The position numbers were made by a program, and so were the translations under genes. 64,000 nucleotides of DNA from Flavobacteriales bacterium (GTDB taxonomy: Bacteria; Bacteroidota; Bacteroidia; Flavobacteriales_F; PHOS-HE28), in the NCBI GenBank assembly GCA_016715895.1, contig JADJXH010000004.1, positions 356,712 through 420,711 of the forward strand, given 5' to 3'. The number at the start of each line of letters is the position of its first letter. Within the stretch, counting starts at the first letter, position 1. The notes under the pieces were generated by a model. That model saw nothing but the letters and a program-made list of their open reading frames with translations, had not been told where the DNA came from and did not search any database. Shown here one piece after another: positions 1 through 11,598 of the stretch.

Positions 1-662
<662 letters not shown>

Positions 663-834
663 GAGTTTGGGCGTGCCCCCTCGCAAAAGCCTCGGGGTCG
701 CGCTTTTCGCTGCTACTCCTCGCTCCTTCGTCGCTGCGGGGTATTCGCTTCAATCGCTCACGCAACCGTCCCGAATGATGTTCGCCACCATTTCAAAGAT
801 GCGCAGTACCTTGCCACAACAAACACCATTGCCC

Positions 835-2055
835 ATGCGCCTCCTCTACTCTTTGGCCCTTGTCTCTCTCAGCATCGCCGCAAATGCTCAAGTGCCAAGC
901 TACGTGCCCACGAACGGGCTCATCGGATGGTGGCCATTCAGTGGCAACGCGAATGACGCGAGCGGAAATGGGAACCATGGTGTCACCAACAACGCGTCAC
1001 TCACCGTGGACCGATTCGGCAACTCGAATAGTGCATACAGCTTCAATGGTGTGGACCAGCTCATTGCGGGTAACATCAACGCGATATCGAACACTGCCTC
1101 CACCACAGTAACTGCTTGGATGCGCTATGTAGGGGACGCCGGAGGCCAGCCCTACGACACATACTTTCAACTTGGCACATACGGAAGTCACACCTTCGCT
1201 TATGCCTACGAATACGGCTCCCAAGCTTTCAACCTTTACTCGTTCTGCACTTACATACCAACTGTACCCCTGGGTAACCTGAACAATGCATGGCACTTTG
1301 TCGCCATTGTCGACTCAGAAACAGAATCCTTTCTATACGTCGATGGGAATCTCCTTGCGTCAGGCTCCGGCGGTCCAGCTGGCAATTGTTTTCAGGGCAG
1401 TTCTGCATTCAGCATAGGGTCAGCGAATTCCGTCACCGACAATCAATGGGTAACAGGCGACCTCGACGACATTGGGTTTTGGACCCGCGCATTGACCGCA
1501 ACTGAAATCGATGCGCTATATAGTGCTGCCCTTGTTCCCCCTTGCGTCTCAACTGAGGTGCTAACTATGACTGGTCTAGATGCGAGTTATCAAACCACGG
1601 ACGGTCCCGCGACATTGACCGGAACCCCTCCCAACGGCGTCTTCCTTGGTCCTGGCGTTTCTGGTGTGTCGTTCGATCCGGCAGCAGCAGGTGTCGGAAC
1701 TCATACCATCATCTACACCTATGTCGATGAGAACGGATGCGTGAACTCCACCGGCCAATGCACGAGCGTTTCTCTTGGCATCGGCATCGGCGACGAGGAT
1801 AACATGCCGCTCCAAGGCGTGCGCGTCTTCCCCAATCCAGCCAATGGTCTGTTCAATCTCGAATTGGAACTGCAAGGCATGGTGTCCTTGGTCGTGTTCG
1901 ATAGCCGAGGCAGACAGGTGATGAACCAGACGTTCATGGCCAATGGCTCCAAGACTTTGCGCGTACTTGACCTGAGCCGGGAAGCTGCTGGGACCTATTC
2001 ACTTCAAGTGAGCACAGCCAACGGCTCCGTCAGCCAGTCCTTGGTGCGCGAATAA
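835..2055 (+). CDS. LamG/concanavalin-A-like domain secreted protein with T9SS type A C-terminal sorting domain
   Basis: Signal peptide MRLLYSLALVSLSIAANAQ at the ATG at 835. Central LamG-like region (…AWHFVAIVDSETESFLYVDGNLLASG…DLDDIGFWTRALTATEID). C-terminus VFPNPANGLFNLELE…YSLQVSTANGSVSQSLVRE matches the Por/T9SS CTD pattern. GC about 50%, versus about 67% for the flanking suf genes. Confidence 0.8.
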   Translation: MRLLYSLALVSLSIAANAQVPSYVPTNGLIGWWPFSGNANDASGNGNHGVTNNASLTVDRFGNSNSAYSFNGVDQLIAGNINAISNTASTTVTAWMRYVGDAGGQPYDTYFQLGTYGSHTFAYAYEYGSQAFNLYSFCTYIPTVPLGNLNNAWHFVAIVDSETESFLYVDGNLLASGSGGPAGNCFQGSSAFSIGSANSVTDNQWVTGDLDDIGFWTRALTATEIDALYSAALVPPCVSTEVLTMTGLDASYQTTDGPATLTGTPPNGVFLGPGVSGVSFDPAAAGVGTHTIIYTYVDENGCVNSTGQCTSVSLGIGIGDEDNMPLQGVRVFPNPANGLFNLELELQGMVSLVVFDSRGRQVMNQTFMANGSKTLRVLDLSREAAGTYSLQVSTANGSVSQSLVRE

Positions 2056-2419
2056 CCAGCTAACCACTCAACTAGAGCAAGCAAATGAGCGCCTGGATTG
2101 ATCAAATCTTCTCTGCGGCCGAGGCAAATGGTGAGGGGGTCGTTCGGAGACAGAAATCTGACGTTGACGGTATGGGCCTGTTCCAAGAACTGATTCGCGA
2201 GGTCCGGAGGCGGAACTTCCATCTCCTCGAGATCGGAGACCAGTATGTCATCATCTGCAACACAAATGCGATCATCACGCATTGCTGACAGGGCTAGGCT
2301 CTCACGCGAACCATTGATTCGCTAGACTGTTCCATACTCACCCTTGGTCGCCTCCCACAGCGGCCCTACCTTTGGCCTCCGTTCGACTTTAGAACGGTTC
2401 TAAATAGTCGTATGAGACC

Positions 2420-3166
<747 letters not shown>

Positions 3167-3280
3167 TCGATCAGAAGATCAGATAATCAGACGATCAGAT
3201 GATGAAATACCAAGGCCGCGATAAGGCACCCGTAGCGTCCTCCGATATGTATCGGAGCCATTGGGTCGACTGATGAAGCC

Positions 3281-4546
3281 ATGACCACATTGACCCAGAC
3301 CGACCCCAAGACAACGGTGTTGCCGTTGTTGCAAGCCAGCACCTGGCCCAACGCCGCCGAAGCCCTGGCCCAGGTAAACACCCTGCCAGTGCCCACCACC
3401 CGCACCGAGGCCTGGAAATACACCCGCGTTGGCAAGCTGTTCAAGGACGCATACAGCGCCCCGCAAGGTGATGCGACCGTCGCACTGCCCGCCCGCCTGC
3501 CCTTCGATACCACCCGCATCGTCTTCGTCAACGGCCACTTCCGCGCGGACCTCAGCGACGACCTGAAGGCCGACAAGGGCATCGTCGTCGACAGCCTGAA
3601 AAACCACTTGGCACACGGCCCGGTGAAGGCGCACTACGGCACACTGGCCCCCATCGGCGATCGTCTCTTCACGGCGATGAACACCGCTGCGCCTACGGAT
3701 GGTCTGATCATCCTCGCCACCAAGGGCACTAGGACCAGCAAGCCGATCCATGTTCTGCACATGTCAAGCGGTGATCGGCAATTGATCCAGCCGCGCGATC
3801 TCTTCATGCTTCATGAAGGCACGAGCGTGGAAGTGATCTTCGAACACATCGGAACGGACGCATCATCATCACTCGTCAACAGCATCCGCGAAAGCGTGAT
3901 CGGAGAAGGCGCGAGCCTCACCATCCACCTGTTGCAGAATGAAGGGAATGGTCCCGCACACATCGGCCTCGATGGCGTGTCGATCGGTGCGAAAGGCCGC
4001 TTCAGCATCGACACCACCACATTGAACGGTTCGTTGGTGCGCAACGAGGTGAACGTTTCCCTTGCTGGTCGGGAAGCGCATGCCGAACTGAACGGCGTGT
4101 ACCTGTTGAACGGCACCACGCATTGCGACAACCACACCTACATCGGTCACGACGTGCCGGACTGCACCAGCGACGAGCTCTACAAGGGCATCGTGGCGGG
4201 CAAGGGCACCAGTGTGTTCAATGGCAAGGTGTACGTGGCGCCCGACGCGCAGCGCACCCGCGCCTACCAGAGCAACGCGAACATCCTGCTGGGCGACGAC
4301 GCCAAGGTGTACACCAAGCCCGAGCTGGAGATCTACGCCGACGACGTGAAGTGCAGCCACGGGTGTACCATCGGTCGCCTGGACGAGAAAGGGCTGTTCT
4401 ACCTGCGCAGCCGCGGGGTGAGCGAGGCAGAAGCGCGCAAGCTGATGGCCCATGCCTTCATCACCGAGGTGGTGGAGCGCATCCAGAACGAGGAGTGGAA
4501 GGCGGTGTTGACGGCCTTGATCGACAACAAACTCGCACACCTGTGA
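3281..4546 (+). CDS. sufD: Fe-S cluster assembly protein SufD
   Basis: 421 aa. C-terminal region shares the SufB/SufD beta-helix core (…YTKPELEIYADDVKCSHGCTIGRLDEKGLFYLRSRGVSEAEARKLM…). Located between sufC and sufS. Confidence 0.9.
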   Translation: MTTLTQTDPKTTVLPLLQASTWPNAAEALAQVNTLPVPTTRTEAWKYTRVGKLFKDAYSAPQGDATVALPARLPFDTTRIVFVNGHFRADLSDDLKADKGIVVDSLKNHLAHGPVKAHYGTLAPIGDRLFTAMNTAAPTDGLIILATKGTRTSKPIHVLHMSSGDRQLIQPRDLFMLHEGTSVEVIFEHIGTDASSSLVNSIRESVIGEGASLTIHLLQNEGNGPAHIGLDGVSIGAKGRFSIDTTTLNGSLVRNEVNVSLAGREAHAELNGVYLLNGTTHCDNHTYIGHDVPDCTSDELYKGIVAGKGTSVFNGKVYVAPDAQRTRAYQSNANILLGDDAKVYTKPELEIYADDVKCSHGCTIGRLDEKGLFYLRSRGVSEAEARKLMAHAFITEVVERIQNEEWKAVLTALIDNKLAHL

Positions 4547-5841
4547 GCACCAAAGCGGCACCGGTCTCCCAAGCGTTCAACATCGCCGAGATCCGCTCGC
4601 AGTTCCCGATCCTGAAGGAGCTGGTGCACGGCAAGCCGCTGGTGTACTTCGACAACGCCGCGACGAGCCAGAAGCCGCGCCGCGTGATCAAGGCCGAGAG
4701 CGCCTACTACGCCACGACCAACGCCAACGTCCACCGCGGCGTGCATACGCTGAGCACCAAGGCCACCGAAGCGCAGGAGGCCGCGCGGGAGATCATCCGC
4801 AAGCACATCAACGCCAAGCACGCGCACGAGGTGATCTTCACCAGTGGAACCACGGCGAGCCTGAACCTGGCGGCGTTCAGCCTGGGACAATTGCTGTGGG
4901 GAAGTTCGCCTTCGCGCAAGGCTTTGGCGAACGAGGGCGACGAGGTGCTGATCAGTGGGATGGAGCACCATGCGAACATCGTTCCCTGGCAGCTGGCGTG
5001 CGAACGGCACGGGGCGAAGCTGAAGGTGATCCCGATCACGGACAGCGGCGAACTTGAACCGCGACGACGCGACGACGCGACGGGTAGCGCGACGAGCACT
5101 TTCACCGAGCGGACGAAGGTTCTCGCTATCTCGCATGTCAGCAACACGCTGGGCACCATCAACCCGGTGAAAGAACTGGTCGCGGAGGCGAAGAAGCTTG
5201 GCATCATCACCGTGGTCGACGGGGCGCAGGCCATCGCGCACCTGGATGTGGACGTGCAGGACCTCGGCTGCGACCTCTACGCCTTCAGCGGGCACAAGGC
5301 CTACGGGCCCACCGGCACCGGAGTGCTCTATGGCCGCGAGGAGCTGTTGGAGCGCATGCCCCCCTGGCAGGGCGGCGGCGAGATGATCGACGTGGTCACC
5401 TTCGAGAAAACCACCTACGCCAAGCTGCCCTTCAAGTTCGAGGCGGGCACGCCGCACATCGCCGGCATCATCGGCCTGGGCGAGGCCTTCCGCTGGATGG
5501 AGGACTACGACAAGGCTGCGATGGCGAAGCACGAGCACGCGCTGCTCGAGCACGCCACCAAGGAACTGCTCACCATCAATGGCCTACGCATCATCGGCAC
5601 GGCGAAGGAGAAGGTGGGCGTGATCAGCTTCGTCGTTGAAGGCGTCCACCACTACGACCTCGGCACCCTGCTCGACCAGCAGGGCATCGCCGTGCGCACG
5701 GGCCACCACTGCACCCAGCCGCTGATGGAGCGCTTCGGCGTGAGCGGGACCACGCGGGCGAGCTTCGCGTGCTTCAATACGGTGGAGGAGGTGGATGTGA
5801 TGGTGGCGGCGACCAGGAAAGCTGTCAAGATGCTACGATGA
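4543..5841 (+). CDS. sufS: Cysteine desulfurase SufS (PLP-dependent)
   Basis: GTG start at 4543 overlaps the sufD stop (GTGA). Translation has class V aminotransferase hallmarks, including the PLP-lysine context SGHKAYGPTGTGVLYG and the catalytic Cys loop RTGHHCTQPLMERFG. The long GC-rich ORF at 4123 is an upstream read-through artefact. Confidence 0.95.
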   Translation: MSTKAAPVSQAFNIAEIRSQFPILKELVHGKPLVYFDNAATSQKPRRVIKAESAYYATTNANVHRGVHTLSTKATEAQEAAREIIRKHINAKHAHEVIFTSGTTASLNLAAFSLGQLLWGSSPSRKALANEGDEVLISGMEHHANIVPWQLACERHGAKLKVIPITDSGELEPRRRDDATGSATSTFTERTKVLAISHVSNTLGTINPVKELVAEAKKLGIITVVDGAQAIAHLDVDVQDLGCDLYAFSGHKAYGPTGTGVLYGREELLERMPPWQGGGEMIDVVTFEKTTYAKLPFKFEAGTPHIAGIIGLGEAFRWMEDYDKAAMAKHEHALLEHATKELLTINGLRIIGTAKEKVGVISFVVEGVHHYDLGTLLDQQGIAVRTGHHCTQPLMERFGVSGTTRASFACFNTVEEVDVMVAATRKAVKMLR

Positions 5842-6269
5842 GCACCACGACGACATTGGCCCAGACCCAACAAGAGCTCATTGACGAGTTCGCCATGTTC
5901 TCTGACTGGCAGGACCGTTACGAGCACCTGATCGAACTGGGCAAGGACCTGCCCCTGATCGCGCCGGAGCAGAAGACGGACGACAACCTCGTGCGGGGTT
6001 GTCAATCGCGGGTATGGCTGCATGCCGCTCCGCAGAACGGCCTCGTGCACTTCACCGCCGATAGCGACGCGATGATCACCAAGGGCATTGTGGCGCTGCT
6101 GGTGCGCGTGTTCAACGACCGCACACCGCAAGAGATCCTGGGCGCATCAACTGAGTTCATCGATCAGATCGGCCTGCGGGCACACCTGAGCCCCAACCGC
6201 GCGAACGGGCTTAGCGCGATGATCGACCAGATGAAACGCTACGCCCTCGCCTACTCTTCCAAGTCATGA
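5838..6269 (+). CDS. sufE: Cysteine desulfuration protein SufE
   Basis: ATG at 5838 overlaps the sufS stop (ATGA). 143 aa with the SufE conserved region …DNLVRGCQSRVWLHA… carrying the sulfur-acceptor Cys. Confidence 0.9.
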   Translation: MSTTTTLAQTQQELIDEFAMFSDWQDRYEHLIELGKDLPLIAPEQKTDDNLVRGCQSRVWLHAAPQNGLVHFTADSDAMITKGIVALLVRVFNDRTPQEILGASTEFIDQIGLRAHLSPNRANGLSAMIDQMKRYALAYSSKS

Positions 6270-6375
6270 GGGAAATTCATTTCACCGCAACGGCGCAACG
6301 AACGCAACGGGTTACGCCACGTTGCGCATTCTTGGCGTCCGCTGCGGCGTGGCGGTTAGAAACTGAGCGTGCATC

Positions 6376-6696
6376 ATGACCCCCGAGGAGAAGAAACAAC
6401 TGGAGGAGAGCATCATCAACTCCCTCAAGTCGGTGTACGACCCGGAGATCCCGGTGGACATCTACGAGCTGGGGCTGATCTACGACGTGGTGATCCACGA
6501 CGACGCCAGCGTGTACATCAAAATGACCCTGACCAGTCCGGCATGCCCGGTGGCGGGGACCCTGCCCGGCGAGGTGGAGCAGAAAGTGGCGGACGTGCAG
6601 GGTGTGAAGAGCGCCAAGGTGGAGATCACCTTCGAACCACCGTGGGACAGGACCATGATGAGCGAGGCGGCGCAGTTGGAGCTGGGGTTCATGTGA
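6376..6696 (+). CDS. DUF59 / MIP18-family Fe-S assembly protein (SufT-like)
   Basis: 106 aa: MTPEEKKQLEESIINSLKSVYDPEIPVDIYELGLIYDV…TLTSPACPVAG… Typical DUF59 fold motif. Frequently follows sufE in Bacteroidota. Confidence 0.85.
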   Translation: MTPEEKKQLEESIINSLKSVYDPEIPVDIYELGLIYDVVIHDDASVYIKMTLTSPACPVAGTLPGEVEQKVADVQGVKSAKVEITFEPPWDRTMMSEAAQLELGFM

Positions 6697-6739
6697 GTAC
6701 ATCCACAGATGGCGCCGATGACACAGATGAACACCTGGA

Positions 6740-7363
6740 ATGATGGCAGGTTGGCAACAACCTGGCTACAGGGCACCTGTAGCGTCGACCCACTGGGTCG
6801 ACCTATCAGCGTTGCCCCTGGATGTTGACCAAGCGTTCAAACAGGACATGTCGGATCAACCCATCATCAACAAAGTCGCCTCCTCCGGCATCATCACCCT
6901 CGACCTGGAGGAGATGTACCCGGCCGGTGAGCGCGTCGTCTTCGACCTGAAGCCGCTGCTGTGGCAGGAGATCGCCCTGAAGGAGGATGACCTGCGGGCC
7001 TTCTGCAAGGAGCACAACTGGTCGCAGTATGCGGGCAAGTTGGTGAGCGTGCACTGCAGCGCCGATGCCATCGTGCCCACCTGGGCCAATATGCTCGTGG
7101 CCACGCACCTGCAGCCGCACGCGGCCTTCGTCACGCAGGGTGATGCGGACCAATTGGAACGCGCCGTGTTCACCCGATTCGTGCAGCAACTGGATGTTGA
7201 GCCCTACCGCAATGCCCGTGTGGTGGTGAAGGGCTGCAGCAAGCTGCCCGTGCCGCTGAACGCCTACGTGGAACTGAGCGCGAAGCTGCTGCCTGTGGTG
7301 AAGAGCCTGATGTTCGGGGAGCCGTGCAGCACGGTGCCGCTGTACAAGGCGCCGAAGGGGTAG
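6740..7363 (+). CDS. DUF2480-family protein (suf-operon associated, Bacteroidota-specific)
   Basis: Translation …INKVASSGIITLDLEEMYPAGERVVFDLKPLLWQE… matches the DUF2480 pattern usually found downstream of sufE/DUF59. An alternative start at the ATG at 6848 (MSDQPIINKV) would give the usual 170-aa length. Confidence 0.75.
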   Translation: MMAGWQQPGYRAPVASTHWVDLSALPLDVDQAFKQDMSDQPIINKVASSGIITLDLEEMYPAGERVVFDLKPLLWQEIALKEDDLRAFCKEHNWSQYAGKLVSVHCSADAIVPTWANMLVATHLQPHAAFVTQGDADQLERAVFTRFVQQLDVEPYRNARVVVKGCSKLPVPLNAYVELSAKLLPVVKSLMFGEPCSTVPLYKAPKG

Positions 7364-7380
7364 GGCGTATCTTCACGGGC

Positions 7381-9561
7381 ATGCGGACCAGCCTGCTCTT
7401 CTTCTTCGTCTGTTCGTGCATCACGGCGTTCGCACAGGGTGTTCCGCGCAATGCCGCTGGTTCGCCGGTGGCGCCCGGTGCGGTGCCGACCAGCGGATCG
7501 CCCGATACCGCGCGCATCCGCAGTGAACATGGCTGGTACCTGAGCCCGCATGGCACGTTGCGCGTGCTGGTGCTGTTCGCCGAGGTGGTGTACGACAAGG
7601 ACCCCGCACGCGACCCGCAGCCCGATGGGGCCGCGCACTGGCCGAAGGGCCGCCTGCCCCTGTGGAAGGACGAGGTCTTCGACCCACAACCGCTGCCGGT
7701 GCCCAAGGCGATGGTGACGCGCTACTACCACGACATCAGCCTGGGCCGCTACACGGTGCTGGGCGACCATGTGGACCAGCTGCTGCGCCTGCGTCAGAGC
7801 GAGCACGGCGACCTGCGCAGCGCCAATGACCTCAGCAGGGCGGCGGTGGCCGAGGCCAACAAGCTGGGCGCCCTGCGCACCGCGCATCGTCTTTCGGTGG
7901 CTGACTTCGACCTCTGGAAGGACGGGCGCACGCCTGGCGTGGCCAAGGAGGCCGGTCCGGACGGTCCGCACAGCTACGACCACGTGATGCTGATCCTGCG
8001 CAACAGCGGCCTGACCCATGGCCAGGGCAGCACGGACCCGGGCAGCAGCGGTGCCTTGTACGGCTACGAGAGCGACACCCAGAGCCGCTTCGGTGGGATG
8101 AACGCCCTGCCTTTCGAGATCCTGAAGCACGAGTTCAACCACCTGCTGCTGGGGGGCAACAACTTCCACAGCGGGGGCGGGAACGCTTCCAACTTCCAAA
8201 GCCACTTCATCCCCTTGCAGGGCGGCCACAGCATGATGGGGGCGGCGAGCAGCGCCCTGCTCACCTGCAGCGGGTGGGACCGCGACCGGTTGGGCTGGCG
8301 GGCCGATGGAGCGCCGTATCGCATCAATGCCCGTACCACGGACGGACGCTGGACCGACGGCGACCTGGACCCCGCCGAAGGCGATACGGGCGTGTATGTG
8401 CTGCGCGACTTCGTGACGACCGGTGATGCGATCCGGATCCGGCTGCCTTACCTGCCCGCGGATGTACACCCGCAATGGCTGTGGCTGGAGAACCACCTGG
8501 GCTTCGCCCGCAACGGCAGCCCGACGGACCGTTTTCACTGGGAGGCCGACAGCCGCTGCATCGATCCGGTGGAGCCCGGAGTCTTCGCCCTGGTGCAGGT
8601 GGCGCACGAGGAACGTGCCGGCAAGGACACCTACCAGGGTCATGCCGACTACCTGCGCGCAGTGCCTGCCACCGGCCTCTTCGACCTGGAGCTGCGCGGG
8701 GATACGCTGTCCACGGATTGTCCGTTCGGCGGAGGCCGCAGCATGCCCTTCTTCGCCGACAGCCGCGATGCGAACCCCTTGAGCGGCGGCCACGAGCTGG
8801 AGCTTCCGGTGTACGATCGCAACGGCGATGGCCGTCTCGACCGCCGCGAGCACTACATCCCCGGCACCCGCATCGTGGACGGTCGCACCACGGAGGAGGC
8901 CGTGTTCTTCGGCCGGCCCGAGCACGCCTTCCGTATGATCGGGAACCGTGCGCTGGGCCTGGCCACCAACCCCGGCACCGCCAACCTGATGACGCTGGTG
9001 AGCGCGGGCGGCAAGGCCCTGCACAAAGGCGGGGCGCCCGATGCGCGGCTGGTGGTGCTGAACGGGCTGCGCGTGGAGCTGCTCGCCCAGGCGGCGGACG
9101 GTGCGGCCACCGTGCGCGTGCGCACCGACGACAACGTGGTGGACCGGGAAGTGCGCTGGTGTGCGGACAGCATCGTGCTGCCGCCCTTGCGCGGACGCGG
9201 CGGGGTGGGCCTGAGCGTGGAGGCGGGCGCCCGCCTGCTGCTCGACCGGTCGGCCACGCCCACCCGCGTGGACCGTCCCGAGGAGGCCGACGGCCGCACC
9301 TGGTTCAGCGCACCGACGCGCTTCGTGGTGACCACGGGAGCCACCCTCCTCGTACGGTCCTCGGCGTCGCTGGAACTGGTGCGGGCCAGCGAACTGCACG
9401 TGCTCTCCGGTGCGACGCTGCGGCTGGAGCCCGGCGCGCGCGTGCAGCTCGACCGGTCATCGCGCATCGTGCTGCATGGCGATGCGGTGCTCGAGCTGCC
9501 GGCGGAGGAACGCCAGCGCCTGGAGAAACGCGGGCGGATCGAGCGGCGTGAGGGTCAGTAG
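7381..9561 (+). CDS. Secreted hypothetical protein with HExxH motif (putative zinc metallopeptidase)
   Basis: Signal peptide MRTSLLFFFVCSCITAFAQ. HEFNH…SMMG motif about 260 aa in. No recognisable T9SS CTD. Function inferred only from the motif. Confidence 0.6.
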   Translation: MRTSLLFFFVCSCITAFAQGVPRNAAGSPVAPGAVPTSGSPDTARIRSEHGWYLSPHGTLRVLVLFAEVVYDKDPARDPQPDGAAHWPKGRLPLWKDEVFDPQPLPVPKAMVTRYYHDISLGRYTVLGDHVDQLLRLRQSEHGDLRSANDLSRAAVAEANKLGALRTAHRLSVADFDLWKDGRTPGVAKEAGPDGPHSYDHVMLILRNSGLTHGQGSTDPGSSGALYGYESDTQSRFGGMNALPFEILKHEFNHLLLGGNNFHSGGGNASNFQSHFIPLQGGHSMMGAASSALLTCSGWDRDRLGWRADGAPYRINARTTDGRWTDGDLDPAEGDTGVYVLRDFVTTGDAIRIRLPYLPADVHPQWLWLENHLGFARNGSPTDRFHWEADSRCIDPVEPGVFALVQVAHEERAGKDTYQGHADYLRAVPATGLFDLELRGDTLSTDCPFGGGRSMPFFADSRDANPLSGGHELELPVYDRNGDGRLDRREHYIPGTRIVDGRTTEEAVFFGRPEHAFRMIGNRALGLATNPGTANLMTLVSAGGKALHKGGAPDARLVVLNGLRVELLAQAADGAATVRVRTDDNVVDREVRWCADSIVLPPLRGRGGVGLSVEAGARLLLDRSATPTRVDRPEEADGRTWFSAPTRFVVTTGATLLVRSSASLELVRASELHVLSGATLRLEPGARVQLDRSSRIVLHGDAVLELPAEERQRLEKRGRIERREGQ

Positions 9562-11456
9562 GCCCGGACGTTCTTGCCCTGGCGCCAGTTGATGAAGGCC
9601 CGCAGGGCCACGCGGTCGCCGCCGGGCGTGGGGTAGTCGCCGGTGAAGTACCAGTCGCCCAGATGCCCCGGACAGGCCGCATGAAGGCCCTCGATGGTCT
9701 GGAACAGGATGCGCACCTCGGCGTTGATCCCCGGTGGGGTGAGCAGCTCGGTGATCTTGGCGCTGATGCGGTCGGCGCTGAAGGGGCGGTAGATGTCCTT
9801 CACATGGTTCACCATGCTGCCGAGCGGCTTGTCCACGTCGGCCATGCAGCGCTCGTACACATCGTCGATGATGTTCTCCTGCTTGGTCTCCTTCAGCAGG
9901 GCGATGGCCGCCTGGAAGGCCACGAGGTCGCCCAGCTTGGCCATGTCGATCCCGTAGCAATCGGGGTAGCGGATCTGCGGGGCGCTGCTGGCCACCACGA
10001 TGCGCCGCGGACCAAGCCGGTCCAGCATGCGCAGGATGCTCTGCCGCAGGGTGGTGCCGCGCACGATGCTGTCGTCCAGCACCACTAGGCTGTCCACCCC
10101 GGGGCGCACGGTGCCGTAGGTGATGTCGTACACGTGCGCCACGAGGTCGTCGCGGGTGTCATCGCCGGTGATGAAGGTGCGCAGTTTCGCGTCCTTGATG
10201 GCCACCTTCTCCATGCGGGGCCGCAGGGCGAGGATGCGGGCCAGCGCGTCGGGATCGGGTGCGGGGCCGAGCTCCAGGATGCGGCGCGCCTTGATGCGGT
10301 CCAGTTCGTCCTCCAACCCCCGGACCATGCCGAAGCAGGCCACTTCGGCGGTGTTGGGGATGAAGGAGAGCACGGTGTGCTCCAGGTCGTGGTCCACAGC
10401 CTCCAGGATCGCCGGGCACAGCGAGCGGCCCAGGGCGATCCGTTCCTGATACACATCGCGGTCGCTCCCGCGGCTGAAGTAGATCCGCTCGAAGGAGCAC
10501 GAGCGTTTCTCGCGGGGCTCCCGCACCAGGTGCTCGCCGTAGCTGCCGTCCTTGCGGATGATGAGGGCGTGCCCGGGGGTGAGCTCATGCACGGCCTCGG
10601 TGGGCACATGGAACGCGGTCTGGATGGCGGGGCGTTCGCTGGCCACCACCACCACGTCCTCGTCGGCGTACCAGAACGCGGGGCGGATGCCGTTGGGATC
10701 GCGCAGCACGAAGGCATCACCGTGGCCGATCATGCCGGCCAGGGCATAGCCGCCGTCGAAGTCCAGCGCGCTGTTCACCAGGATCTGCCGCACATCGAGC
10801 TTCTCGGCGACCACCTGCGTGATCTGCCGGTCGTTGTACCCCAACTGCCGGTGGATCTGCGCGATGCGGTCGTTCTCGACGTCGAGGAAGTGACCGATCT
10901 TCTCCAGCACCGTCATGGTGTCGCTGCGCTCCTTGGGGTGCTGGCCGATGCTGACGAGCAGGTTGAACAGCTCGTCCACATTGGTCATGTTGAAGTTGCC
11001 GGCCACCACCAGGTTGCGCGTGATCCAGTTGTTGAGGCGGCGGCGGGGATGGCAGTTCTCCAGGCTGTCGCGGCCGAAGGTGGCGTACCGCAGATGGCCC
11101 AGGAGCACCTCGCCCAGGAAGGGCACATGGGCCTTCAGCCATTCGGCGTCATCGGGCCGGGCGCCTGGCAGCCGCAGGGCATCCTCGTGGCCTTTCTGGA
11201 CGCGGCCGAAGATCTTCTGGATGGCCTGCTTGTCAGTGCTGCGCTCGCGGTCGATGTAGGGCGTGCCGGGCAGGGGGTCCAGCTTGATGGACGCCACTCC
11301 CGCACCGTCCTGGCCGCGGTTGTGCTGTTTCTCCATGAGGAGGAACATGCGCTGCAGGCCGAAGAACGGGGTGCCGTGGCGTTCGGCGTAGTGCGCCAGC
11401 GGCTTGCGGAGGCGGATGAGCGCGATGCCGCACTCGTGCTGGAGGACGTCGCTCAT
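9555..11456 (-). CDS. purF: Amidophosphoribosyltransferase (long Bacteroidota form)
   Basis: N-terminal nucleophile MSDVLQHECGIALI (class II glutamine amidotransferase) and PRPP-binding loop VVLDDSIVRGTT. 633 aa. Confidence 0.9.
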   Translation of the reverse strand: MSDVLQHECGIALIRLRKPLAHYAERHGTPFFGLQRMFLLMEKQHNRGQDGAGVASIKLDPLPGTPYIDRERSTDKQAIQKIFGRVQKGHEDALRLPGARPDDAEWLKAHVPFLGEVLLGHLRYATFGRDSLENCHPRRRLNNWITRNLVVAGNFNMTNVDELFNLLVSIGQHPKERSDTMTVLEKIGHFLDVENDRIAQIHRQLGYNDRQITQVVAEKLDVRQILVNSALDFDGGYALAGMIGHGDAFVLRDPNGIRPAFWYADEDVVVVASERPAIQTAFHVPTEAVHELTPGHALIIRKDGSYGEHLVREPREKRSCSFERIYFSRGSDRDVYQERIALGRSLCPAILEAVDHDLEHTVLSFIPNTAEVACFGMVRGLEDELDRIKARRILELGPAPDPDALARILALRPRMEKVAIKDAKLRTFITGDDTRDDLVAHVYDITYGTVRPGVDSLVVLDDSIVRGTTLRQSILRMLDRLGPRRIVVASSAPQIRYPDCYGIDMAKLGDLVAFQAAIALLKETKQENIIDDVYERCMADVDKPLGSMVNHVKDIYRPFSADRISAKITELLTPPGINAEVRILFQTIEGLHAACPGHLGDWYFTGDYPTPGGDRVALRAFINWRQGKNVRAY

Positions 11457-11598
11457 CGGCGGCGGGCCGGCCGGGAGAGGGACCGGACCGCAAAGGTACG
11501 CCGCCCCGTCCGGCCGCTTCCCGTTCCATCGCCTCCCCTACCCGTTCCAAGCAACTTCCGGGGCCCGGGGCCTGTCTACCCAGCGTAATTTCGACGAC

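Noticed and set aside
2085-2288. 67-aa ORF in the spacer between the LamG gene and sufC
   Set aside because: No signal, motif or ribosome-binding context recognised. Overlaps an opposite-strand ORF of similar size. Kept only as a note within the low-GC insertion finding.
4123-4542. Upstream part of the long ORF 4123..5841
   Set aside because: Read-through in a GC-rich alternative frame inside sufD. The real sufS starts at the GTG at 4543, where SufS-like sequence begins and the sufD stop is overlapped.
7264-9399. 711-aa ORF on the minus strand
   Set aside because: Antisense shadow of gene 7381..9561 in GC-rich DNA. Its translation is Arg/Ala/Gly-rich low-complexity with no motifs. The plus-strand product has a signal peptide and a coherent sequence.
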